Source of the DNA: Heterodontus francisci
Taxonomy: Eukaryota
Reading direction: 5' to 3'
DNA length: 64,000 nt
Assembly: GCF_036365525.1 (NCBI RefSeq)
Contig: NW_027140825.1
Coordinates: forward strand, 930,001-994,000
Shown here: positions 1 to 12,900 of the stretch, one piece after another
Position numbering within the stretch: position 1 is the first letter of the stretch
Layout of the letters: the number at the start of each line of letters is the position of its first letter
Position numbers and translations under genes: made by a program
The notes under the pieces: generated by a model
Told to the model about the DNA's origin: nothing
The model's input: only the letters and a program-made list of their open reading frames with translations
Databases searched by the model: none

Positions 1-540
1 TTCAACAACAACTACAGCAGGAAAAAAAAATATCAATGAATACAACAACAACTTCAGCAGGAGAAAAACACCAAAAAATTCAACAACAAAGTCAGCAGGC
101 AGTAAAGAACACCAACAGATTCAACAACAACTTCAGCAGGAAAAAACATCAACGAATACAACAACAACTTCAGCAACAGTTAAAAAGCCCCACAATTCAA
201 CAACAACTTCAGCAGTAGAAAAACACCAACAAATTCAACAATAACTTCAGCAGGAGAAAAACACCAACAAATACAACAACAACTTCAGCTGCAGTAAAAC
301 AAAACCCAACAAATCCAACAATAACTTCAGCAGGAGAGAAAAACACCAAAAATCCAACACCAACTTCAGTCGGAAGAAAGCACCAACAAATTCAACAACA
401 ACTTCAGTCAGAAGAAGGCACCAACTAATTCAACAACAACTTCAGTCAGAAGAAGGCACCAAGAAGTTCACCAACAACTTCAGTCGGAAGAAGACACCAA
501 CAAATTCAACAACATCTTCAGCAGGAGAACAACACCAACA
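1..540. repeat. ~40-bp A/C-rich minisatellite (CAACAAATTCAACAACAACTTCAGCAGGAGAAAACAC-like)
   Basis: Recurrent CAACAACTTCAG core at ~40-bp period from the window start to ~540. Confidence 0.9.
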
Positions 541-844
541 TTTAGGGGTGTTGAAAGGGATTGGTGAAGTAGGTGGAAATAACACAGCCGGCACATGAGC
601 ATTTTGTGGGAGTTTAGGATGGAGGGTTTCTGGGGAATGTTAATGAGGGTTGCTGGATGGGAGCTCAGCCAAGTAACTGTGCATGTATCGCTTGCATGGA
701 GGAGGCTGGGGTTAGCTACAGAGCAGTGAGGGGAAAGATTGAAACAGACCAGATGATGTGTCTGGGGGTGAGGACAGGCCATGCAGTGTACACACACCCG
801 TGTTGAGGCCTCTATGCAATTATATTTCTCAATCTCTCTATCTG

Positions 845-1285
845 CTTTCATTCACAGGATGTGGTTGTGACACTGTTATGCAGAATTCAGTGCCCACCAC
901 CTCACCGTCCTTGAGAAGATGGCGATGAGCCCACCCCCATTGCTGTCTGTTCCCGTCACAGCTTTTGTACGACCGACTGTCTTGCCCGGCCAATGCAGAG
1001 TGCCTTTTAAGAATCAACCATATTGTTGTGGGACTGGAGTCACCTCTTAGGCCAGACCGGATAAGGATGGCAGGTTTCTTTATCTCAGTGACGATGAGTT
1101 TTTTGTCCAATACTGTAGGTTAATGTTCACCATGACTGAGAGCAGCTTTTCATCAATTCCAGCTTTATCTAATGAAGGGAATTGAAATAATCCAGCATGC
1201 TGGGATTTGAATTCACATCTCCAGGTTATTAGCCCAGGCCTTTACATTAATAGCCCAGGAACATAACACTTTGCTACCTTACCCT
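845..1285 (-). mobile_element. SINE copy (same family as 12540-12900), inverted
   Basis: Reverse complement of blocks seen at 12540-12900 (GCCAGACCGGATAAGGATGGCAG; GGGATTTGAATTCAC; ATTAGCCCAGGCC). Confidence 0.6.
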
Positions 1286-1779
1286 TTAACCTACTGTTTT
1301 GCCTCAGGCCCAGGAGTGGAAAAATACAAATGTGTGCAGGGCAAACCCACAGAACAGGCTGTTTTTTTTTCTTGCTGCATCCGTGAACATGTTGAAACAT
1401 TTACAGCTGCACTCTGATAACCACACATCCTGACGGTGCCTTTCCTGTCTCTGTGTCTCTCTGTACAATGCGATTCTGTTGCTGTGTTGTGCTGACAAAG
1501 TCCTTCCACATGAGTATGCGAAGGAAACAGCGCAGAGGAATTTGCAGGTGGTTATGGCGACAAATTGAATTGACAGGAGAGATAGGAGGAGTTGCACTAG
1601 CTGGGTTGATCTTGCAGAGAGCTGGCATGGACTCGATGGGCCGAATGGCCTCCTTCTGTACTGTAACCAGTCTCTGATTCTATGATCGATTTCCTGTGTT
1701 CGGAGTTTCTGAAAATATCTTTGATCAGTTAATCAAGTGTGAAGGAAATGCAGCACCCAACATGTTTACATTGCTTGTT

Positions 1780-1992
1780 CTTTATTCCCTCGGGTAGAGA
1801 AGATTAAATGGTGATTTGACTGAGGTGTTTAAAATGATTGAATGGGTTGATCGGCGAGATGGAGATAAACTGCTTCCTCTTGTTGGGGGCGGGGCACGGG
1901 GGTAGAACAAGGTGGTCTAAACCCAAAATTCGAGCCAGGCTATTCAGGAGTGATGTCAGGAAGTACTTCTTCACACAAAGGGGAGTGGACAT
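1780..1992 (+). mobile_element. CR1-type LINE 3' fragment
   Basis: Similar to the 3' part of the CR1 at 43960-44180 (GATTTGACTGAGGTGTTTAAAATGATT...TTCTTCACACAAAGGG). Confidence 0.6.
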
Positions 1993-2820
1993 CTGTATCC
2001 CGTGCGCAGATTAGTGCTTGGAAGGTAAATAAAATGTATTCATTTTGTACAAATGGTGTGATAGTGAATCCTTCAGAACAACAGTACTTTATTTTTAAGA
2101 CTGGCAGCTAAACTATAAAAGCACGTGTTAGAGTGATATTTACCCCATACATGACAGTATTGTTGTTCATTACACCTCTGGATTTATCAGAATGTCTATT
2201 GCACCATCTATCTCTCTGTATCTCCCTTTCTCTGGATCTATCTATCTATGAATCTGCATATCTATCTTCATATCTATCTATCTCTCCGTCCATTTATCTG
2301 TCTCTCGATGCATCACTGTATCTATCTGTCTATCTATGTTATCCAATTATCTGTATATCTGCCTATTTCACTACCTATCTATATAGAATCTCTATCTATC
2401 AATATTTATTTACATATCTCTTTCTCTCTGTCTAACGATATATGTACCTCTATGTCTATCCCTCCCACTCTCCCTTTCTCTCTGTCTCTCTTTCTCTCTC
2501 TCCCTGTCCTCTGAGCTCCTTCACGTCTGTTGTCCATGTATAGATTGTTGCTGTTTTTCTCCCTCTGTCTGTGTGCTTCCCTCTCTCTCTTACTCTCTCT
2601 CTCTGTCTCTGCTTCTCTCCTTTTTTCTCACTCTATATCATTCTATGTCTTTCTCTGAGTCTCTCTCTCTCTCTCTGTGCATCTCTCCCTCTCCCACCTC
2701 TCCCTTTTTACAATGAAACACGGGACATTTCGGGCACACAGGAGATCGTTCGGCCCATCGTGCCTGTCCCCTCATCGTGGCCGATGTCCAATTTAAATCT
2801 CGTCCCTGGGGGTATCTCTA

Positions 2821-2862
<42 letters not shown>

Positions 2863-2864
2863 AG

Positions 2865-3163
2865 ATGTAGGGGCCGTGCTGAACCAACAGTCTCCCGCTT
2901 CCATATCCCATTCCCCAGGCTGTCCAGTCAATATCCAGTGTATTTACACAGAAGCAGTAGCTGGCTCCGCATTCTACCGGTACTGGTGGTATCTGGACCA
3001 TAAGCCCGAGAACCTTTTCTATTCCACCTCTGCCGGAACGGTCATTCCCTCCGGTGAGGTGGACGGTTTCACCGCCAGGAGACCCGACAACACCCATTTT
3101 CACCTGGAGTCCTCCAGCCTGTGGGCGAATCAATCAGCCGTGTATTACTGTGCCTGGAGTCAG
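2865..3163 (+). CDS. TRBV: TCR beta-type V segment V1, V exon (DVGAVLNQQSP...YYCAWSQ); leader not identified
   Basis: Acceptor TTTTACAG ends at 2864. Open Ig V domain. RSS: CACAGTG 3164-3170, 23-bp spacer, GCAAAAACT 3194-3202. Paralogue of 60524-61147. Confidence 0.85.
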
Positions 3164-3884
3164 CACAGTGACTCAGAAAGGCGCCGGAGTTCAGCAAAAA
3201 CTCTAAAGGAGGAGGAAAGCACTTGTGGGAGATAAACCTGTCTGTCTATCTCAGTGTCTTTCTGTCTCTCGGACTATCTGCGAGTTTCTGTGTCTCTTTG
3301 TGCGTCTCTGCATCTATCTATCTGTCTATCTGTCTATCGATCTGTATCTATCTATGTCTATCTATCTTTCTATCTATCTATGTGTCTATCAATCTATCTA
3401 TAAATCTATCTGTGTCTANNNNNNNNNNNNNNNNNNNNNNNNNNNNNNNNNNNNNNNNNNNNNNNNNNNNNNNNNNNNNNNNNNNNNNNNNNNNNNNNNN
3501 NNNNNNNNNNNNNNNNNNNNNNNNNNNNNNNNNNNNNNNNNNNNNNNNNNNNNNNCGATCTAGCTGTCCATTTATGGTTATTTGCACCATTTATCTATCT
3601 ATTTATCTCGATCATATATATATATTTGTCATCTCTGTCTCTCACAGTTTCATCTTCTTGCTCTCCTTCGACTCAGAGTACATCAATACATTATGAATTA
3701 TTAAAAATGCTGCAGCAATGTGCTCAGATCCTTCTCGTTAAGGCAGCCTCTATCTGTAAAGAACAGATTCCGAGGTGGGGTAAATGGGTTCATGGTCCTG
3801 TTGAATGAGCTGTCGGTGGTATGTGACAAGAGTTACACATAGCTCCCTGTTGTACATGTCCCCAATGACTCACACAATGCAAAA

Positions 3885-3975
3885 GTGAGACACCTCCCCA
3901 GATAGGTCTCTCACTGGAACACCTGTCTCCTGACGGCGGTTTGAGCATCTGGTTAAAACAGTTAACCCACTTCTT
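3885..3975 (-). promoter_or_regulatory. Conserved non-coding element with a reverse-oriented CTCF-like core and overlapping CACCTG E-box
   Basis: CACCTG(T/C)CTCCTGAC(G/A)GCG block recurs at ~12394, 28679, 30871, 52269, 54365, 59066 and 61751. Confidence 0.45.
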
Positions 3976-4404
3976 CATGACATTGTCGCTTTTCAAAGTA
4001 TCTAAGATTTCACCCCAATGTAAAACATAACCCTTGAATTGTCGTTTAGCCCAGGGGAAATAAATCTTTATCTGCCTAATACAAAGAAGCAACTTGATGT
4101 GTCTTATATATTTATAAAATCATACAGCAGAGCCGAGGCCATTCAGCCCATCGAGCCTGGCCCAGCTGTTCGAAAGAGCTACCCTATACAACACCAATCA
4201 GACACAAGCAACGAGAGCCAGATACAAACGGGAAGCATTTCCTTATTCAAGCTCCTTCCGACCAGGGGGTGTTATTATTCTGTCATACCCAGAAGTGAGG
4301 GGTCAGAAGGAAACCCTGCTTCCAGAGCTGTCATTTCCGCTCTCTGCTTTATCTTCAGCCGCCTGATATTGATTCATGAACAGATTCAGCCCCCAGTCTG
4401 CAGG

Positions 4405-5221
4405 ATGCAGTTAGTCAAACTCTTCCTAATCGTCTGTTCTCTTCTTCCATGTAGGTATTCATCCTTCATAAAGATACCTCTGCTAAAATACATGCTGTGT
4501 TTTCATTCACTGCTAACTTCTATCAAACTAGATTGATAAAACATCATTGCAGTCGATTTTCTGTCATTTCTTAAACTACATACTTTACTTTCACTGTAAA
4601 TAATATTGGCTTAATGAAATTTTTGACTGAATGAAAGTTACTTATATATTCGTGACGCTACTATACCTATCTTTAACCGATAAGTTTGCCCTAATTCTGG
4701 GTTAATTTGTCTCTCTCATATCACTTGCTACATTATTTTTCAATCTCTATATCTATCTGTTTATTATCTATATATCTACCAATATATCATTTAACTATTT
4801 ATTGTCTGCCTATATAGTTATCTAGTATTATCTACCTATCTTTTTGGATAGTTATAGTTGGTTATCATATGTCACAATATGTTCTAAACCTTTTTTAACT
4901 ATTCTCCTTATTTCTCAAGGCAAAACTCTAGCAGAGGTGATACACCAGTGGCCAACTCTGGTGGTGATGAAGGGAGGTGAACCAGCAGAATTAAATTGTT
5001 ACCAGAATGACAGTAGTAAGAGCGTTATGCTGTGGTATCGGCAGTATGCCGGGCAGGGGCTCACCCTAATGGGCTATTCTTACACTGGAAGGGCACCCAT
5101 TTACGAAGGAAAATTTGAAGAGGAGGTGAAGATTTTAAGGCCCGAGGAGAGACGATGCAGCCTTAGGGTCCTCAAGGTTAAGGCTGCGGATGCGGCGGTG
5201 TATTCCTGTGCAGCCAGTGAG
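4405..5221 (+). CDS. TRBV: TCR beta-type V segment V2 (leader 4405-4450, V exon 4920-5221), apparently functional
   Basis: Leader MQLVKLFLIVCSLLP with donor GTAGGT. V exon EVIHQWP...C...WYRQ...YSCAASE. RSS: CACAGCG 5222-5228, 23 bp, ACAAAAACC 5252-5260. Confidence 0.9.
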
Positions 5222-5444
5222 CACAGCGCTGCAGACTGCCTTAGTGCCAGTACAAAAACCAACAGGGTGAACAACACAACTGACTGACATACAGGAGCAG
5301 TGACAATGGTTAATGTCTCTCCCTGCCTCACTGGCCGTTTTCCAAGCTGGTGATTCCCGGATTCCTGAACCTTCATCAAGGGCTGAATGACAGGGAATAG
5401 CAGAAGGTCCGAGGAAGAGAGAGAGAAGGAAAGAGACAGATGTG

Positions 5445-5600
5445 TCTCAGATCCCCTGCAAAATTTCAAAGTCCTCGTCTACACCGTTTAATTTCTGGCA
5501 CTGAGTATGTTAAAACTGAGTCACAGTCTCTGTCCGATACTTGATTAATTAAAAGGTTAATTTATGATGTAAATAAGACAGATAGTTAACATCACCATTG
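5445..5600 (+). pseudogene. Decayed orphan leader exon and intron start, paralogous to the V3 leader
   Basis: CTCAGATCCCCTGCAAA...TTCTGGCACTGAGTATGTTAAAA aligns with 6820-6900. No ATG and no V exon follows. Confidence 0.6.
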
Positions 5601-5619
5601 TGAAGTGATGGATAGAGTA

Positions 5620-6140
5620 TCAATCATCTACAAGGTACAAGTCAGGAGTGTGATGGAATACTCTCCACTTGCCTGGATGATGCAGCTCCAACAACACTCA
5701 GGAAGCTCAACACCATCCAGGAGATAGCAGCCCGGTTGTTCAGTACCCCACCTACCACCTTCAACACTCACTCCCTTCACCACAGTGGCAGCAGTGTATA
5801 CCATCTACAAGATGCATTGCAGCAAAGCATCGAGTGTCCTTAGACAGCACCTTCCAAGCCCACCAACTCTACCACCAGAAGGACAAGGGCAGTAGACTCA
5901 TGGGAACACCACCACCTGCAAGTTCCCCTCCAAGCAACACACCATCCTGACTTGGAACTATATTGCCGTTTCTTCACTGTCACTGGGTCAAAATCCTGGA
6001 ACTCCCTTCCTAACAGCACTGTGGGTGTACCTCCCCCACATGGACTGCAGTGTTTCAAAAAGGCAGCTCATCACCACCTTCTCAAGGGCAAATAATTGCT
6101 GGTCTTGCAAAAGAAATTCACGTCCCATGAACGAATAAGA
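5620..6140 (+). mobile_element. Non-LTR retrotransposon (L2/CR1-clade) 3' fragment
   Basis: Translates to YKVQVRSVMEYSPLAW (post-RT LINE motif). The 3' end shares CACCACCTTCTCAAGGGCAA with the SINE tails in this window. Confidence 0.6.
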
Positions 6141-6837
6141 AAAACAAATTATATCAGGTCTTCCACGACTTCAAGACGCCCCAAAACAGTTAACAGCCAA
6201 TTAAGAACTGGAAAATGATGGTCAGATCCTCTGCTACTTCTTCTCTTGCTTTGATTTTTAAAAATTCATTCTGGGGACCTGGGTCCCTCTGAGAAAGTCA
6301 GCAGTTATTCATCGTCACTCATTGCCCTGGAGAAGGTTTGTGCTGCCTTGTTGGTAACTGAAGGGTTTGCTAGGGCATTTCAGAGAGCAGTGTACTTGAA
6401 ACACGGAAGCCAATTGGGGTGTACAGCACCATGCCATAGGCAGCATTAACAGACAGATAGATAGATAGGACGGCAGACAGACAGACATTAGATAGATAGA
6501 TAGATAGATCGATAGATCGATAGATAGATAGATCGAAAAATCGAGCGATCGATCTCCTGGCTTCGCTGTGAAAGCGAGCTCACAAAGAGATAGGAATGAA
6601 GATATTTACAGTGGAGCAGAAAGTGGCGAGGGGGGAGGCAAGGGGAGAGAAGAAAGAAGGAAACGGGGGCATAAGGAAGCAAACAAAAGAATGGAGGACA
6701 ACTTAAAAAGTAGGGGCGGGGATCATTGCCTTGAGATAACTTCCTCTTATGACGAACCGCTCTGCTGACACCTCATCTCTCTCCCTCCCTTAAAACCCAG
6801 AGTAACCAGCAGAAAGTCTCTCAGATCCACCGCAAAC

Positions 6838-7571
6838 ATGCCTTTCAGTTTCATCGTCTTTGCTATTTCCCTTCTGGCGCTGAGTAGGTTAAAATTCTGT
6901 CCCAATCACTCTTCTACATTTGTTTAACTGAAAGGGATGATTAATGATCTCAATAAAACTGAGCGGCGGTGACTTGTGAAATCAGTAATCGATTATTTCA
7001 TATCAGACAGTGAACTCATTCATCTGTCCCCTAGTTTGGGAAGACAAGTGTTATTAATATAATGTTAACTCTTTAATGTTTGCACCAACTTGCAAACTTG
7101 TGGATTCCACAATTCTATTTTACATTTGTAAAGATCCAGGTTCTTGTAGGAAATTGGGACACAGACTGAATTTCCGTCGTTAATTCGGTGCAACACCGAC
7201 GCCCATCGTCGCAATTGTAACTCCATCGATACTAGTTCATTCCCTCTAATTTCTCTTTCTAGGTGTTTGCCGGGGTGATGTGATACATCAATGGCCTCAG
7301 TCACTGGCTGTTAAACAACCAGGACCCATGGAAATGAACTGTCTGCAGAAAGGAACAGTTCGCAACTACATGTACTGGTATCGTCAGTCCCCCGGCGGAG
7401 GATTCCTGTTAATCGGGTTTAACTTTCTAAGCAATGAACCTCAGTATGAAGATGGATTTAAGAGCGGATTTGTTATTACCAGGACTCTGGACAATAAGAA
7501 ATCCACTCTGACGATCGAGAGTGTGAACGCCACGGACGAGGCGGTGTATTTCTGTGCAGCTGGTGATGGGA
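6838..7571 (+). CDS. TRBV: TCR beta-type V segment V3 (leader 6838-6883, V exon 7263-7571), apparently functional
   Basis: Leader MPFSFIVFAISLLAL with donor GTAGGT. V exon DVIHQWP...MYWYRQ...YFCAAGDG. RSS: CACAGCG 7572-7578, 23 bp, ACAAAAACC 7602-7610. Confidence 0.9.
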
Positions 7572-8204
7572 CACAGCGGTTCAGAGTCATTGTCCGCCTT
7601 GACAAAAACCCTCACACGTCTCCCTTCAAACGGGTGCATTTAACCCAGCATTCGGTGAAGAGCAGCCCTGGCTGATCGGATGCGGATCTGCATCTGTTCA
7701 GTGCCCGTTCGAGTGGCAGAACGCCCATGTTCTAACTCCCCACAACCTCCAGACAGGCAACACACACTGTCTCTGCCCACACCTGAATAATGGTTCATCG
7801 AACGGCTCTTCAACCCGTACCTCGGTTTGACCACACCTGGAGCACTGTGCACAATTCCCAGCTCTATGTACTTTGTTTAGACGACACCTGAAGTGCTGAG
7901 GACAATGCTGAGGGTGACCTGATAGAGGTGTTCAAGATTATGAAGGAATATGATAGGGTAGAGGAATAGAAGATGTCTGCACTTGCAGGGAAGGTCATGA
8001 ATACATCATACTCACTAATAACTCCAAGAAATGAATTTACACAGAGTGGTGAGAATGTGGAATTCACTAGCACACAGAAATAAATGATGTGTATAACCAG
8101 ATATATGTAAATGGATGCTGGATAAAAACATTAGGCAGCAGGAAATAGCACCTCATACTGATAGGGCTGGATGAAGACATTGTTTATGTTCTTTCATCGG
8201 ATGT

Positions 8205-8960
8205 GGGAATAAAATATGAGAATAAGCTAACCAGCAATATAAAAACAGATGGTCGGAGCTTTTTCATAACAAGCAAGAGAGTAGCTAAAGTTGACGTTGG
8301 TCCCTTAGAGGTAAAGACAGGCGAAATCACCATGGGGAATGGGGAAATAGCAGGGGAATTGAACTAATATTTAGCGCCTGTCTTCACAGTTGAAGACACA
8401 AGTTCCATCCCAGAAATAGGCAGTTATCTGGGGCCTAAAAAGAGTGAGGAAATTAAGGATATTCATATCAATTGAGAAAAAGTTTTGGAGAAATTTGAGG
8501 GATTAAAATCTGACAAGTCCCCTGGAACAGATGGATTATATACCAGAGTTCTAAAAGAGATAGCTGCAGAGAGAGTGGGGGCGCTGGTTATGATTTTACA
8601 GAATTCCTTAGATTCAGGAATGGTCCCATCGGATTGAAAGCTGACAAATGTTCCACGGCTTTTCAAGAAAAGAGGCAGTGAGAAATCTCAGGATAAGGGA
8701 TCAGTCATTCCGGACTGAGATGAGGAGAAATGACTTCACTCAAAGGGTTGTGAAACTTTGGATTTCTCTACCCCAGAGTGTTGTGGATGCTCCTTCACTG
8801 AATACATTTAAGGCTGGGATTTTTGATCCCTCAGGAAATGAAGGGATATGGGGAGCAGGCAGGAAAGTGAAATTGAAACCCAAGATCCGCCATGATTGTA
8901 TTGAATGATGTAGCAAGCTCGATGGGATATATGGTCTGCACCTGCTCCTATTTCTTGTGT
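8205..8960 (+). mobile_element. Degenerate CR1 LINE fragments (pre-RT region joined to 3' end)
   Basis: DKSPGTDGLYTRVLKE...SLDSGMVP motif, followed by FRTEMRRNDFTQRVV 3'-end motif. Confidence 0.75.
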
Positions 8961-9864
8961 TCTGTGGGTCTGGAGTCACATGCAGGCCAGACCAGGTAAG
9001 TGCGGCGGATTCCCTTCCCTAAAAGACATGAGCGAGCCAGCTGGGTGTCAGGGCGCCTTAACTGAGACTAGCATTCAATTGCAGATTTTCCAATGCAATA
9101 ATTGTATTCATTCATTAATTGAATTTAAATTCCACCATCTGACCTGGTGAGTTTCGAACGCATTTCACCTGGAGATTCTCCCCAGCCTCTGGTTTACTGG
9201 CACAGTGATATGCCAACTGCACTGCCATCTGCCCCAGCCTAGTCTGGAACATGGACCCATCGGGCCGAATAGCCTGAATCTGTGCTGCAAATTCTATCTA
9301 ATTCGATGTCACCAGCGTCACCAACTGAAGCAATGGATAAAAAATGGGAAGACGGAGCAATTTCAAAGCATGTCTTCATAATGCCTATTTTATCAATTGC
9401 ACTGTGCAAATCTCAGGTGCCTGTAGTTACACATTGCAGCCACGAGATGGGGATGGAGCTCCACCGCAGCCTGAGTCCCACTCGCTTCTGTAAAGACTGA
9501 GCGAGCAAAGCAGCAGTGACTTGACCAATCTACCAAATAGTCAATTCCACTAACACTGAAACAGATTAGAATCATAACCATTCCACACAAAATAGACAAC
9601 TGGATTTCCCCAAGTCTGCACGTTCATAGTGACTGGTTTGAGCAAACACTTGTGATATACTAAAACAGATGATCTGAAGGAAGTAAAGAGGGGAAGCAAA
9701 GTCAGTAAACAGTGAAAGAAAAATGGAGAAGGAGGAATTTCATATAAAGAAACACATTCAGGGATGTGCACATCACTGACAAGGTCAGCATTCATTACCT
9801 ATGCCGAATTGCCCTTAACTGAATGACTTGCTCGCCCATTTCAGAGGCAGTTAACAGTGAACTA

Positions 9865-10400
9865 CATTGCTATCAGGTGATGCATTTTGGAAGAAGGGAG
9901 ACAGAGAGGAAATACAGACTTAATGACACAGGCCTGAAGAGTGTTCAAGGGCAGAGGGACCTGGGGGTTAATGTGCATAGATCTTTGAAGGTGGCAGGAC
10001 ATATTGAGAGAGAGGTTCACGAAGCTTATGGGATCTTGGGATTCATGAACAGAGGTATAAAGTACAAAAGCAGGGTGGTTATGCTCAACATATATGAGGT
10101 TCTGGTTAGGCCCCAACTTGAGTACTGAGCCAGGTTCTGGTCACCACACTTTAGGAAGGATGTAGGGTCCTTGAAAGGGTGCAGAGGAGATTTACCGGGA
10201 TGGTTCCAGGGATGAGAGATTTTTGCTACATGGTTAGTTTGGTGAAGCTGGGGTTGTTCTCCTTGGAGCAAAGGAAATTGAGGGGAGATTTGACGGAAGT
10301 GTACAAAATGAAGAGAGGTTTAGATAAAGTAGACAAAGAAAAACTGTTCCCATTAGCTGATTGTACAAAGACTAGGGGACGAAGAGGATAGGAATAAAAC
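9865..10400 (+). mobile_element. CR1 LINE ORF2 3' fragment
   Basis: ORF-track peptides QRDLGVNVHRSLK...LVRPQLEY and QRRFTGMVPGM...LFSLEQRKLRGDL. Confidence 0.85.
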
Positions 10401-10489
10401 AGAGAATAAACGCTGAGAAAAACTGAAATCCGATAGGGAGTTGAGGAGAATTCTTTACCCAAAATACAGAATTCAATGCCAGCAGAAAC

Positions 10490-10835
10490 TGCTAAGACAA
10501 AGGCAGGAACAGGAAGGGGCCATTCAGCCCCTCAAATCTGTACCACCATTCAATGAGACTATGGCTGATCTATGATCTAACTCCATATTCCCGCCTTTGC
10601 CCCATATCCCTTAATATATTTTGGATCACAAAAACCAATCCATCTCCGATTTCAAATTAACAATTGATTCAGCATCAATTTCCGTTAGCAGAAGAGAGTT
10701 CAAACCTCTCCACCCATTGTGTGTAAAAGTGTTTCTGGATTTCACTCCTGAAAGGTCTGGCTGTAATTTTTAGTCTTTGCCTCTTAGTCCTAGATTCCCA
10801 AACCAGCGGTAATAGTTTCTCTCTATCTACTCCCA
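10490..10835 (-). mobile_element. Inverted CR1 LINE 3' end
   Basis: Reverse complement of CR1 3'-end motifs (GGCCATTCAGCCCCTC; TTTCACTCCTGAA; TCTCTCTATCTAC). Abuts the truncated V relic. Confidence 0.65.
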
Positions 10836-10844
10836 AAGACTAAA

Positions 10845-10959
10845 TAAATACAACTTCAAACTGGAGACCTCCAGCCTGCGGGAGAATCACTCGGCCGTGT
10901 ATTTCTGTGCCTGGAGAGATCACAGTGACTCAGAGAGATGGAGCAGTTCAACAAAAAAC
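10845..10959 (+). pseudogene. 5'-truncated TRBV30-like V relic retaining a near-intact 23-RSS
   Basis: ...FKLETSSLRENHSAVYFCAWRD, then CACAGTG 10921-10927, 23 bp, ACAAAAAAC 10951-10959. Confidence 0.85.
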
Positions 10960-12539
10960 ACCAAAGGCAGCAGGAAACACCTGTTTCAGATAAAACCAGG
11001 CGGTGCTGCATCCTGTTGGGTGTTTTTTTTTATCATTGGGAACGTGTTTTTCACAAGACAGGGCGGATTTAAATAGAAAGAGACAGGTTCGATATAGAAA
11101 CAAAGGGGAATTGTAAAATAGACTTGACAGGAATGAAAGCAGGACACAGAGGTCAAAGTTATCAAGATAGTTTGAACATCGGGCGATCTTTGCTCCAGAA
11201 AGGAGAGACAGAAACCTTCAGCGGTCTTAGAGAGATTATTACAGATTNNNNNNNNNNNNNNNNNNNNNNNNNNNNNNNNNNNNNNNNNNNNNNNNNNNNN
11301 NNNNNNNNNNNNNNNNNNNNNNNNNNNNNNNNNNNNNNNNNNNNNNNNNNNNNNNNNNNNNNNNNNNNNNNNNNNNNNNNNNNNNNNNNNNNNNNNNNNN
11401 NNNNNNNNNNNNNNNNNNNNNNTGGTTTTCTGTCACTCTGTTTTCTTTCTCCAAAGGGACAGCAGAGTGCGATGTTGGACCATGATAAACATCAGTGTCT
11501 GGAACACCCTTTAACAGTGACCTGGGAACACAAGGAGTTCATTCATCACCTCGAAAACACTCCGCCCTTCAATGAGATCATGACTGATCAATAATCTCCC
11601 GTCGCTCCCTCTCTGCATCCCCCTCTCTCCCTCTCTCTCTCTCTCTCTCCATCTCTCTCCCTCGCTCTCTTTCCATCCCTCTCTTTCACTCCAGCTAACA
11701 AGCCGGTGTAAAAGGAGAGAATGCCAATTAACATCCCTGTCTTTTACAGGGGCAGTGACTGTCTCTCTATTTAGCTCGCTACTTCTCTACCTATCTGGCT
11801 TTCCCTCTATTTCTCTATTTCTCTATTTCTCCCTATATCTATCTGTCTACCTGACTGTCTCTCTATCTATCTATCTCTCTACCTGGTTATCTATCTCTCT
11901 GTCTCTCTCTCTATCTATCTCTCTACCTGGTTATCTATCTCTCTGCCTCTCTATCTATCTAACTCTATCTTTAGGTAATTACAGTTTGTATGAACTAATT
12001 AAACATACTGCAGTAATGTAATGAATGACCATCTTTTCATAGATTTTCTATATATTGACCAATAGATGATATAGTTTGTCATCAATTATCTATCAAAATC
12101 TTTTATGATCTTGAATATCTGCATCACATCTACCATTAGCCTTCTCTGCTTTAAGGAGAGAAACCCCCAGCTTCTCTAGTCTCTCCACAGTAACTGAAGT
12201 CCCTCATCCCAGGTACCTGTCTGGTTATTCTCTCTCTAACCTTCACTACACAGAGGCGACACCCCCCCCCCCCCACCCCCCACAATGTACAGGAACCAAC
12301 TCAGCTCAGAACACTTAACCATCTGAGCGCTGTTTCACACTGTTCAAAGGTGAGACCCCTCTCCAGATACATTCATCTCTGGGACTGGGACATCTGCCTC
12401 CTGACGGCGAATTCAGAAGCTGCTGAAAACTGTTTACCCACTTCCATCTCGGACTCGAGTCACATTTGATGTGTGCTTCAAGGAAACTAGCAGTTCAGAC
12501 CATTAAACAATTTAACCCCTTAACTCTCATTCACCACGG

Positions 12540-12900
12540 AGGTGCGGTAGCAGAGCAGTTATGTTACTGGACTACTAATCCAGAGGCCAGGACTAATGAT
12601 CCCCAGATATGAGTTCAATTCTCAGCAGGGGCAGAAATGGAATTTAAATTCAATTAAATAAATAAAAATCTATCAGAGAAAGCATGAGTAATCCTGAACA
12701 TGAAGTGTCGTAAAAACCCAATGTGTTCACTGATGACATTCAGGGAAGGAAATCTGCCGTCCTTACCCGGTCTGGCCTATATGTGACTGCAGACCCACAG
12801 CAATGTGGTTGACTACTAACTGCCCTCTGATATGGCCCAGCAGGTATTCCCGAAAATGGTTCACCAACACCTTCTCAGGGGCAATAAGGGATGGGCACAC
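12540..12900 (+). mobile_element. tRNA-derived SINE (further copies ~31020-31380, 54510-54870, 59210-59400; inverted ~15545-15900, 32975-33270, 56590-56870)
   Basis: A-box/B-box-like GGTAGCAGAGCAG and GAGTTCAATTC. Multiple dispersed copies in the window. Confidence 0.65.
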
